Below, in pieces: positions 53,266 through 64,000 of a stretch of DNA of 64,000 nt. The DNA comes from Lingula anatina (lineage: Eukaryota; Animalia; Brachiopoda): the NCBI GenBank assembly GCA_051362555.1, contig CM120643.1:12188644-12252643 (forward strand), given 5' to 3'. Both the position numbers and the translations under genes were made by a program. A model generated the notes under the pieces. It did not search any database, was not told where the DNA came from, and was given only the letters and a program-made list of their open reading frames with translations. Each line of letters opens with the position of its first letter. Position 1 is the stretch's first letter.

Positions 53266-55167
53266 ACATTTTTAATGAAAAACAAATAGGCGCTTAACCA
53301 TTCCATTTGTTTTAGTGGGAGCAGCAGGAAAGGGGAGGGGGAATGGTAGCCATCTATACATAAACACCCATGATGCCACTTGCACGTGTCTATACACACA
53401 CGCATGCACGTACACACGCACACACACACAAACACATACGAGAACCTTCTAGCCAGACAAGTATAACAGACCAACCCTCACATACATTAAAATGTACAGC
53501 TCACTGAATACCTTCTAATCACCAAGTGACTATTATTCATCATGCTGTTGTCTAGAAAAACCAATTGGTTTGAATCTGTTACATATAAATATACATAATA
53601 CCATGCAAGATTGATCCTTATCAGTATAAATAACTTTCCAATCAAGGGATTGAGTATTAATTCCCTGGGGGTTCAGGCAAATCTCTCATCCCAAGGGTCT
53701 TAAGCCTTATTGGAGCTCTCTGTACAACAAACAGGCTGCGATTTAGCAAAATTAATGTATTCATGTCATGAATTCATAGTTTAGCATTTTAAATCAAGTG
53801 CACAAAGCTAGATCAGAACTCAACAAAGTAAAAACTCATTTGTGTATCTGGTAACTATTTCAGAAGTTCTTTCTTTATTTATTTTATCTATTTATAATAT
53901 TCATTCATCCTTTAATTCATTCATTTATTTATTTGTCATTTTCACTACCTGCTTTTTTTTATCATGTGGATGTAAAATACAACATTCAGATATTAAGATC
54001 CAAATAAGTTTGAATTCGGACTTTAATATACCTCTATCAGTATGTACCAAAGCATTATAGTCAACTAGCCCAAAGCAAAAAAAAAAAGTGTCCTGCTACC
54101 TGATAAAAATAAACAAAAATTTACAGTCATTTAGTGTCAAGCCACTGTTACCATCACAGGTTCTATATAAATATTTTTTCAATTACCAGAGACCTATTAC
54201 TTAATACGATCCCTGCCCCTCCTCCCAAAACCACTATGTTTGAAGGAAAATGAATTCTAACGATTAGATGTAAGATTCAAAATCATCACTTTTTTTTTTT
54301 TTTTGCTTTAACACATCAAATTCAACAAGTAGATAATTTCCTTGCTCAACTTTTCATCTAGTAATATGTTTCAGAAGTTTCGTAAGATGGCCTTGGCAAT
54401 TGGGTCAAAATCAATCATTCACAACTAAGATCCCCATGAGAGTCTTCCATTCCAAATGAAATGGTCCCACCCCTACCTCAAGTAATTATGTTCACAAGGC
54501 TTTGAAGCAGCCATACCTGCAGAGACCAGCATTTGGAATTTATGTGGGTCTGACATATTGAAAACTAATTGAATACATTTACCTATAACGACAACCATGT
54601 ATGAAAACAGTTGCTCCACCCATCTCTCCACCACAGCTGACAGCAAGTTTAGACAGAGCATATATAATAATACAAGTGTTATTTTTATTATTATAATATT
54701 CAATTATCTATTTTTTTTGCAATTGTAGAATATACCACTACTCACTTATACAGAATTCCCTTTTCTTTCACCCTTTTTAATTCTGAATGTGAATGAATAT
54801 TAAAAGATTACACGAACACTGATATGAAGTGTGAGAGAGTACACTGTGCACCTTTAACTATGGCCAGGGATTAATCTAAAACCAGGATCATACTGAAGGC
54901 ATTACATCTTTGAGTGAAAAACTTACATAAAAAGCATCAGGCAAACTGACAATCACTCTGATGAATTTGTCCAGATTCTCTGATCTTGTACCTCTGTTAT
55001 GCAATCTGGGAACTGTCAGTGCCCAGTGTACCACTCCAAAGTTTTGTCTCATAAAAAAAAAGATGGTGGCCAAAGACCATGAAACATTAATGTGAAAGCC
55101 ATCTTGGCCTCAGGCTTCCTAAAGTGCAAAGGAACCACTTAGATCCTCAAAGGAAGGAACGGTAAGA

Positions 55168-55620
55168 GAGCTGGTGAGGATCTGGATGTATTCTGAGGAA
55201 TAGTAAGCGAGGTGGCGAGGATCTGATGTATTCTAAGGAATAGTAAGCAGGTGGCAAGGATCTGGATGTATTCCGAGGCATAGTAAGCGAGGTGGCGAGG
55301 ATCTGGATGTATTCTGAGGAATAGTAAGTGAGGTGGCGAGGATCTGGATGTATTCTGAGGAATAGTAAACGAGGTGGCAAGGATCTGGATGTATTCTAAG
55401 GAATAGTAAGCGAGGTGGCGAGGATCTGGATGTATTCTGAGGAATAGTAAGCAAGGTGGCGAGGATCTAAATGTATTGTAAGGAATAGTAAGTGAGGTGG
55501 CGAGGATCTGGATGTATTCTGAGGAAAAGTTAGAAAGACGTTGAAGATCTGGATATATTCTGAGGTATGGTGAGAATTTGAACGTATTATAAAGAATAGT
55601 TTCAGAGAGATATGAGGATC
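55168..55620. repeat. 41-bp minisatellite, about 10-11 copies
   Basis: Unit GAGGTGGCGAGGATCTGGATGTATTCTGAGGAATAGTAAGC, starting at 55289, 55330, 55371, 55412, 55453 and 55494. Degenerate at both ends, no spacers. Confidence 0.95.
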
Positions 55621-55704
55621 TTAATTATATTATAATTATTATATCCTTTGACTATATTTAGAAACACTGACAGTTCTTGATGAAAAAATTTAATAAATGA
55701 TCAT

Positions 55705-55739
<35 letters not shown>

Positions 55740-58700
55740 TTAATTTATTATTTATTTATTTGAGATATGATGAACAGATATTCTCTTTTTATGACTTTGT
55801 AAGATGTTCCAATATAAAACACAGTGGACAGTTTGAGTTCAGCTACATTGGTCATATATATATATATACAGCTGTGGTCAGTAAATCAACCAGATGGCCA
55901 GACAGATAAAGCCATTCAGGCACAAAATTCATCACACCTCCACCAGACACCAAGTGTTACAAAAACAGTAAACTCCATCCATATCCAAGATCAGGGAATT
56001 ACTAACTGTATAAAAGCTGTAAACCTGGGAAATTCAACTTTAGCTCCTCTTCTGTCATCCATTTGTAAAGCAATAAACTGCATTACCCCAAGCTATGAGA
56101 ATCCACGCTCAGCACTGTTGGCACCAACAAGAAATCAAGGCTTAAACTTACAGGGCACCATTTTTGCAACCACACACATTTGCTTGATAAAATGAAACAC
56201 AATTTATGATATGTTTAACCTGTTTGACATCAACTTTCAGAAAATCCAAATATTGGGCAAAAATGTAACTTAAATTCTATTGCCATGACTCAGCAATTAG
56301 GACAATTTTGAATATTTTTTATGAAAAATTTCTTCAAAAGTTCTGAAAGGAGAAATGTGTTGATGTCAAGATTTTCTTTTTCAGGTCACTAGAATTGACA
56401 AATCTTATGACAAATAAAAATACAATATGAAAGAAAGTGAGATATTATTCATTTGTGAATTATTATGGTATCCATAATACTGTATCAGTTTAACAAGAAC
56501 ATGTATATGCAGTGCTGAAACACATAAAAATGCAATACAGAAAAAAAGGAGATTTAGTTAACATTTATGACAACAAAGGTACATAAATATTCTAAAATTT
56601 TTTAAGTAAAAGTAAAGTATAACTACTAACTGCCAATTCTTCATGTCTCAATGTACATATTATTAAAGCTAAATCATTTTAAACAAAAATAAACAGAAAA
56701 AAAATGTTTGGAAGAAAACAGAGGTGTGAGTTATGATGCTGTTAGGCTACAGGCCAGTGTTTTCCAAATCAATGAAAACCTCTTCCCCTCCCTATGTGTG
56801 CTCCCAGGGGGCGCCTCCCCTTTAACACTCTATCCATCATGCACCATCTGAACCTAGCTGCCATATTGGCACTTTTCACAGTGTTCCATACAGCCGCAAA
56901 CTTACAGATAGAATCAAAGTCCTGTTCACATCAGGGTTAACTTGGACCTGAAGTAGAGACTAATTGACATCATCAGATTACCAGACTGTTAAACATGGGA
57001 CTAAATAATCTACTAGTGGGCTGCTGGGAGAGAGAGGAGGGAAGGGGAATCTGGGTTACTTATCACTTGGTGATGTCAGAAAGTTTCACATAGTTTTCAG
57101 TTATTCCTCATGTGAATGTGGACAACATTTGTAGCTGTGCACTGTACTGAAATATTATACATATCAAAATGGTGATAGGTCCAAGAAAGAATCAGGGGCC
57201 ACTCTGGTGTATATACAAATGTCCATCTCCTGAAAACACACGTCTGCCCACATAAGTTCTAATGAACAATATTTGTAAGGCAATACCAGAGGAAGGTTAG
57301 AAACAAGAAGAAAATTTCCCTACGGGTTGCAGTAATTTCCCCTGTTCAACTTATCTGACCCTCAACCAGGTGTCGATTGGTCTGACAAGTAATCAAGCAT
57401 AAAACAACATCAAAATATATGGCACTTCTGAGGGAAATAAAGATCCCTGGCAGAGGATGTGCAAGCTAGACTGGATCAGTGAGGGAACAAATGACGCATG
57501 GCGCATTCTGCGATGATATGTGTTCCCAATATGTACGTAATGTAAATATTCGGTACTTTTGAGCTCATCTTTTTATTAGGCAAAAAATGGACCTCGTGGG
57601 AGCACCTAAAAATGGGAGCGGAAACCTAAAACTGCAACAGATGGAGGGCTCACCTACCACACTCACAATGCTAGTTCTACTGGACCCTTGTAAAGATGAA
57701 TAAAAACAATAAGCTTCCAATAAAGTTTATTCAAATAAAAATACTCCACTGTACAAAATACCACAGCAATGTTTCATTTTGATATTTAAACTTTTGAAAT
57801 GGTTTTTATTAATTTTATCCTTTTTTGGTCTTTTCTTTAAGGCAATAAACTTGAAAACTTGACCCGAATATTCACATAAACCAAAAAGAAACAGAACCAA
57901 ATTTGCAACCAACAGAAAAAAAAATAGATAACAGAAAAAAAGGCATATCAATGCAGAAAATCAAAACAAATTCAAATATTATTATCTGGATAGGTGACTA
58001 TAAAAAAGGATGATATGAGTAAAATGCTTAAGAATAATTAATCAATGTATATAGGCCTGGGCATTATGGACTTGCAGATGAAAAAAATTACAGCCTTAGA
58101 AAAAAAGAAGAGGAATTCATCAATATAGAAATGGCCATTAAGAATTTGCACTAGAACTCTCCCTTTTGATCAGACAAGATTTATGCCATTACTCCCACAC
58201 AAATGTCAATTGAATGAAACCAAAGCATACGTGAGTCAATACCAAATCTAAAACTATAAATATGGATATTGATAATCCACACATTTTCCTAGAAACAAGC
58301 AGTGCTAAAATATAAAAAAGGCATCATAACCAATCATTTGTTAAAGTATTTCTTCAAAGAAATAATTTCATTCCTTTACCTAGCCTCTGCTTAATGGTTA
58401 TTCGTATTCATTTCAACATAATGGAATCTTTATCAGTGATTTTTTGAAAATATACAAAATTAATTACTTATTGAAATACTGCTTATCTGATGAAAAACAG
58501 ACTTGGCATAAGTAACAGATCAGTACCAGGAATTCCTTCAAAGAAAAAAGTATTTCCATGAAAAATTGGTCGATTCATGGCAATGAGCATTTCAGATAAG
58601 AGAATTGTAAGCTTCAGTCATACTGAACCCAATGATATCTTCAGTTTTACTATCAAACAAATTAAGGTATCCTTCAGAAAAGATCATGTTCCTGGTTGGT

Positions 58701-58994
58701 GGACCACGATATGAAGGGCAATTTCATATCCACAGTTTCACTTTCTGGCTTTAATCTGCATTTTTTTCTTTTATTTTTTCAGTATGACTTTACTGATTGG
58801 AACACTTTTTAAACTTGTTTTCTGAGTGTAGTTTTACCTAAGGTGAGTAGACTTTAGACTGTTTTTAACTCATAAGACAATATAAGCTAAATTATTAATT
58901 AAGAATATAAAAACAAGGTGCAACAAGTATTAGAGAAGTCCCACACCTTTGTCAAAATCGATTATTGGAAAGGACTGTTTTTTGTATCATATTT

Positions 58995-59070
58995 TGTCAT
59001 GTTGTGTTGTGTCATGTTGTTGTGTTGTGTCATGTTGTGTTGTGTCATGTTGTTGTGTTGTGTTATGTTG
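58995..59070. repeat. (TGTCATGTTGTGT)-type short tandem repeat
   Basis: Alternating 15- and 18-bp units, directly visible. Confidence 0.85.
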
Positions 59071-59469
59071 GACTAAACTGTACTTCCTGTGAGGCAATAA
59101 ATGGGTTTTTTATCCTAATGCCCACTTATTTCAATTGTACTGTATTGTATTATACCAAACATGAAACAAAATGTTATTAACATTAATCAAATTGTTAAGT
59201 ATTGCATCTCTTAATTAAAACAAAAAATCAAGCATAATATGTAGTAGTGTTTGTTTTTTTTTTCTATTCTTTTAACCTATCTATAAATGTAGCAATGATT
59301 AAGGGTTTCAGACCTCATAAACAAAACAAAAAAGCAAGGACACCTTTGCCAGATATGCTTGCAGCATTTTATTTTTACATAAACTATGTTTATATAAGAC
59401 TTTTACTGCCTCTGGGACTTTGGATGACATCCTAATAATCTGAACAGGCAAAAAAAATCACTACCTCAT

Positions 59470-59647
59470 AGGCCCAATTCAGAATAGGGGACTAACTAGT
59501 CTGAGGGTCAAATATGGTGACCCGCTACAAAGCTTGCTGTCTAATCCGCTAATAGACACTGTATAGATATCCAGCAGGGGAAGTATTCAGTGGGTCAGCC
59601 ATATTTGACCCTCGGACTTGTTAGTCCCCTATTTTGAAATGGAGCCT
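59470..59647. mobile_element. Foldback MITE with about 57-bp TIRs, Harbinger-like termini
   Basis: The left arm AGGCCCAATTCAGAATAGGGGACTAACTAGTCTGAGGGTCAAATATGGTGACCCGCT (59470-59526) is a near-perfect reverse complement of 59589-59647. TAA follows the right end. Confidence 0.85.
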
Positions 59648-60761
59648 TAAAGTTATCTTTCTGTCTACTACCTATTGTGAAAAAAACTAGTTTGAAAAAA
59701 AAAAGCACCATTACGCAATATCAATTTCATTAAAACCCTCTGGTAATTTTCCTTTAATTCTGTCCGCATGCCTCTTAACTTTAATTTACATAAACCAGTG
59801 GTCTACTGACCACTGGCTGGGATGTTTCCAACATGGCCTGTAAAACCAGTCCTCCTGACCTACAGGGCTACTGACACTGGTGACATACACTCTAATCAGC
59901 AAAACAGGTAGATCTGAACCTAAATACTGCATGACCTACAGTTGTATAATTGGCGGCAAATCTCTCTCTCTTTCTCTCTCTCTCTCTTTGTAATACTCCT
60001 TGCATGTAGTGATTTCAGTGCAAAATAAACATAAACTATGTCTAGCATAACCTAGCTATTTCGAACAATAAAAATTGTTTCGTTTATAACTTTTTAGTTG
60101 TGTAACACTTCACAGTTAGGTCAATAACCAAACTTGAATAATTTCCAGCTGGTAGAAGATCCAGCATGGCAAATACTCCCAGGTCCCTCGGCCAAGACGG
60201 CCCCTGATGAAATGAAAGCATCCCTAACACTGTGTAGACTGAGTGACATCAATTGTTATTCATACTACTGCAAAATGTTTAAAGCATGAGACGTCTGCTT
60301 GCTTGTTCATTGTGTATACAGTGAAACTTTTCTGCTGTGCCATCACTTGTATAAAAAGAACTGACATAACTTGGAAAAGAAATAAATGTAAATGCTTCTT
60401 GCTCCCCCCCCTTCCCAGTGCAATTCAAACCAGATTAAACTTGGATGAGTGATGAATTTAATTAGGACTTGAGCTATGCAAATATATCAATCAGAACTTA
60501 AGTGGGTTTCAAATCCTTTTATCCATCCTCTTATTGCTTTTATTAAAATTTAAAGATTATCTATGGTATTCTGTTAAAGAGGACGGTCAAAGATAAGAAA
60601 ATCACTGATTTATCACTGGTCACTTTAAGCTTGAGAACAGGTCCATGTTAAACCTGTTGTGAACGCAACTATAAAACCTATAAATTACCTATATCTATCA
60701 AGAAATCACGATTACCTATATTTCCCAAGATATCTACGTATTTCATATTTGTTAATCCAGG

Positions 60762-60775
60762 GTTTCCATGGCAAC
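60762..60775. promoter_or_regulatory. RFX X-box
   Basis: GTTTCCATGGCAAC, canonical. Confidence 0.55.
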
Positions 60776-63067
60776 CAGACCATCAAGCAGACAATCGATA
60801 TCGAGTGACGTGGACAATGTAAAGTTGTGGTTAACAGTTTTAGATCATAATCAACAATTACTAGGGATATGCTGCTTCTGCTGACAAGCATTAATCCCTT
60901 ATTAATTGTGCTCTCTCATCTATTTCAGACAAAATATTGATGTTCATATAATAATTCTACAGTTTGTAAATCTCATCTATGATGTTAACTGCTCGAAAGC
61001 ATGCCAAATTAAACTCATACTTCTCAGAAAAGGGAAGTAGTAAGGCACATACGCATTTAAGTAATGGCCGAATAATTATATTTTATGGCCTTAATCACCT
61101 AAAGTATTCCCCCGGAAATCAATGCAACTCCATCAAGTCTGCTGTGCATCGTGTACCATAATTACATAATGGCATATAATGAAGACAATCCGTGACCAAA
61201 TGAAGCTGTCTGCTGAATGGACTGATATGATAAGCACATTGTGTCATTTGAGACAAAAAAAATGCTGATCAAATACTATAAAATACTTGATGTTTCATAA
61301 CACCAAGATAACTGTTTTTTTTTTTTTTTTCCTTTGCATCAGGCACTGATGCTTAAAATTTTTTTTTGACAAACTGCGGCCACTGCAGACAAGCCACTGT
61401 CACTGTGCTATTTTTAAATTACAATGTGCACCATTCAGCTTATCAGTTGTTCTAAAGAAAGTTAAACATTAAATAAAACTTTGTTTGATCTAGACAGACT
61501 GGTACAAAACATGCATGCTGTTTCATTTTGCCTATCAATATCATGGAGTCATTGTGGATACAAATAATATGTAATATCAAAATCATCAATTTACTCATAT
61601 CTCAATATGTCAATATCTGATACTTGCTAATCATTTTTTTTTTTCGCAATTAATAAACACCAAAATAAGCTTACCTACAGTATGTCTAACCCCTCTTAAC
61701 CATCAGTATCTCCAAGGCCAAAGTCAATCAGAAACAGAACTCTGTACAACTTCAACTTAAAAGATTTTTTTCCCTGTTAGACATGCAGAAAACAGAAAAC
61801 GGTCACCTCTTTCTATTACTACAAGCTGGTCATCTAGGCATTAAGAGTGGCCAAAAAATAATATAATGTGGCTGACCAACTGTCTAGCGGCTAGCTCCAG
61901 GTGTTTAACGACCTGGTCACACCCACTTGGTCATTAAATAACAGAGGTGCCAAAAAGTTCAAGCACTCTAGTAAAGTTGGATATTAGATTGGCACTATTT
62001 AATAATTTTTATTGCTATGTTCATAATTAGCAATGTGATATGACACTTCCATTTTTCATTCTCTCTTTCTTTACTTATTACATTATTCTTGGGACTTATA
62101 CATTCATTTTTTACAAGTTCATTACAGGCCACACATTGGGGTCTCAAAAAGCCTTTATTTTTGTTAGCTTAAATTTATGAAATAGTTACACAAGTATTAA
62201 CAGATATTCAAAGGTAACCAGTTTGTGAAATGATAAGCAAAACTATACGAGTAAGGCTTGTTGATCTTTTACATAAGAAGTGAGCATTCTGTTTAGGCGA
62301 TTTCCAATGATTGCGTGACTTAGGTCGTCAACAAACCCCTGACATTTTATATCCACTAGCTGTTGACCAGCAGATTATGCCAATGTAGAATGAGGCATGG
62401 CATGATTCAAAAGCAAACGTAAATAATTTCAAACTTTGCAATTTAATATTAAATTGTCTTAGTATATGAGCAAAACATTTCTGGATTGTTACAGCTTTTT
62501 GTATGTAAAACAATAGTTACATAGTTATATAAAATCATGGTTTATGAGAGCTTAGTATAACTTCTGTAAAAAACAAGGGAAAAAAAGAAAAATGATCTTT
62601 GAAATTTTAAATTTTTCTAAGACATATTTCATTCTGAGACAGACATACTGAAATACTTTTGCTTTTCAAAACAATTTGTCAAAGTTCATTTTCTTACTTT
62701 TATCTCTTGGTGTTGCATTTCGTGGTAATTTACTACATTTTTATAATTTATCAATTTGCTTATGGTTTATATTCCAACATAAGGCACTTATCTTCAATAT
62801 TTAACTTATAGGAATATTTTCCTTAATTAGGCATAGAAAATACGCTTCAAGGTTGATGCTTATATAACCCATGCAATGTCAGCCTTAGGACAATGCTAAA
62901 ACTAAGTTTTATCATCAAAAACAACATAAAGATTTGCGTCATCTATGCTGCATTAAAAATGTTTGAGAAACCAATCTTCAGTTAGTCAGAAATCAATATC
63001 ACTGAAAAATGCTAAAGAATGCAAGTACATCACATTAGTTAACAAGGTGAAAGAAACAGTTTACATA

Positions 63068-63236
63068 CAGGGGCGGATTTAGGCCGTCTTCTGGGTCTTC
63101 CGGAAGACGGTCAGATTTCCAAGTTTACATTGACGGGTATCTAATTTTTTTCTGTCGGAAGACGGTCAAAAATGGTGGATGGATCAACAAAGATAATTTG
63201 GAAGACTGTCAGAAAATATCTCTGGATCCGCCCCTG
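63068..63236. mobile_element. 169-bp MITE with 5-bp TSD, hAT-like (copy 2)
   Basis: Same TIRs, length, orientation and ACATA flanks as 35418-35586. Roughly 90% identical by eye. Confidence 0.9.
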
Positions 63237-63891
63237 ACATACATTGTGAAGAACGGGTTGTTCACAAGCTTCACACTACCACTAGGACTTGTCTTTAACT
63301 GCTACAACAACATTATATATATATAAATAAAAGGTAATACATGTTACCTGTAAATTATTACTAGTGAAAAACGAGTCATTTGGCTAAAACAGAAAAAAAA
63401 GCATTTGTTTGACCCCAGTTCAGCACCACATGGCGTCCATGTTGATAGAGACAGCTGACATTAGAAGGTAACGTTGGCGCCAAACTCTCTGTCCAACTCC
63501 GACACCTGTTGCACTCCACATAACTACCATCAGTGAAGTGTCATAGCATCATATACGTCGGAACTCAGTCTGCTAATGGATGTTGGACATTATAGTGTTG
63601 ACCTCTGCTACACTGATCAAACAACTATAACAGGCCGATTGAAATAGATGTTCAATGGGTGTTCATGCTAATGCAACCCAGCACAAAAGCAACTGTATGA
63701 ATATTTGTGTAGGATTCTTCATTTTCATTAGTCTTCATTATACTCCTGTTTGCTTCAATGTACAAATGTTAGGTAATGGAATTTGGTAAATATTGCACTG
63801 CACCATAAATAATTTTAAAACATTACTTAACATAGTATACCATATACCTCTTATTACTTCCTTCATCATGTAACTGACAGTAGATCTCAAC

Positions 63892-63893
63892 AT

Positions 63894-63936
<43 letters not shown>

Positions 63937-63938
63937 TT
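63892..63938. repeat. (TTTA)n microsatellite
   Basis: Directly visible; a similar tract lies at 55703-55760. Confidence 0.95.
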
Positions 63939-64000
63939 TGGAGGGGGAGAAGGCATAAAAACTTTATGTCCCTTTGATTTTAAAATGTAGTTGATAAATA

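Noticed and set aside
54365-54475. L1/Tx1-like 'FIWNG...MIDF..IAKA' peptide on -
   Set aside because: Too short, with wrong spacing and no flanking LINE evidence.
55168-55620. CRISPR-like regular array, and the repetitive ORFs 55147-55454
   Set aside because: Units are contiguous with no unique spacers, there are no cas genes, and the context is eukaryotic. 41 bp is not a multiple of 3, so the ORFs are artefacts.
59796-59817. Short perfect hairpins (also 5208-5239 and 4330-4391) as terminators or miRNAs
   Set aside because: Stems of 9-12 bp are expected by chance in 64 kb, and none matches a miRNA I recognise.
63419-63438. REST/NRSE-like TTCAGCACCAC
   Set aside because: Only the left half-site; the GGACAG half is absent.

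Overview
AT-rich animal genomic DNA, probably an invertebrate; the taxon cannot be fixed from sequence alone. There is no intact long ORF, rRNA, tRNA or CRISPR array, and almost all of the ORF track is chance or microsatellite-derived. The + strand is visibly A-rich and the best splice donors lie on the - strand, so the window most likely sits inside the large 5' introns of an unidentified minus-strand gene. Several CpG-richer patches look like alternative first exons (about 3.1, 28.3, 33.7, 42.5, 43.7-44.3 and 49.6 kb). The rest is MITEs of three kinds (TTAA/Kolobok-like, TAA/Harbinger-like, and a 5-bp-TSD hAT-like family present twice), a decayed RTE-like LINE end, mini- and microsatellites, and repeated RFX X-boxes. 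The most notable item is not visible in the ORF track: a decayed, intron-containing gene at about 12411-13850 (-). Its hand-reconstructed product has a ParB/sulfiredoxin-like 'VLGGNHS...HN' signature, and most of its stops are TGA, consistent with CpG decay. All protein-family calls come from motif recall by eye and need HMM confirmation.
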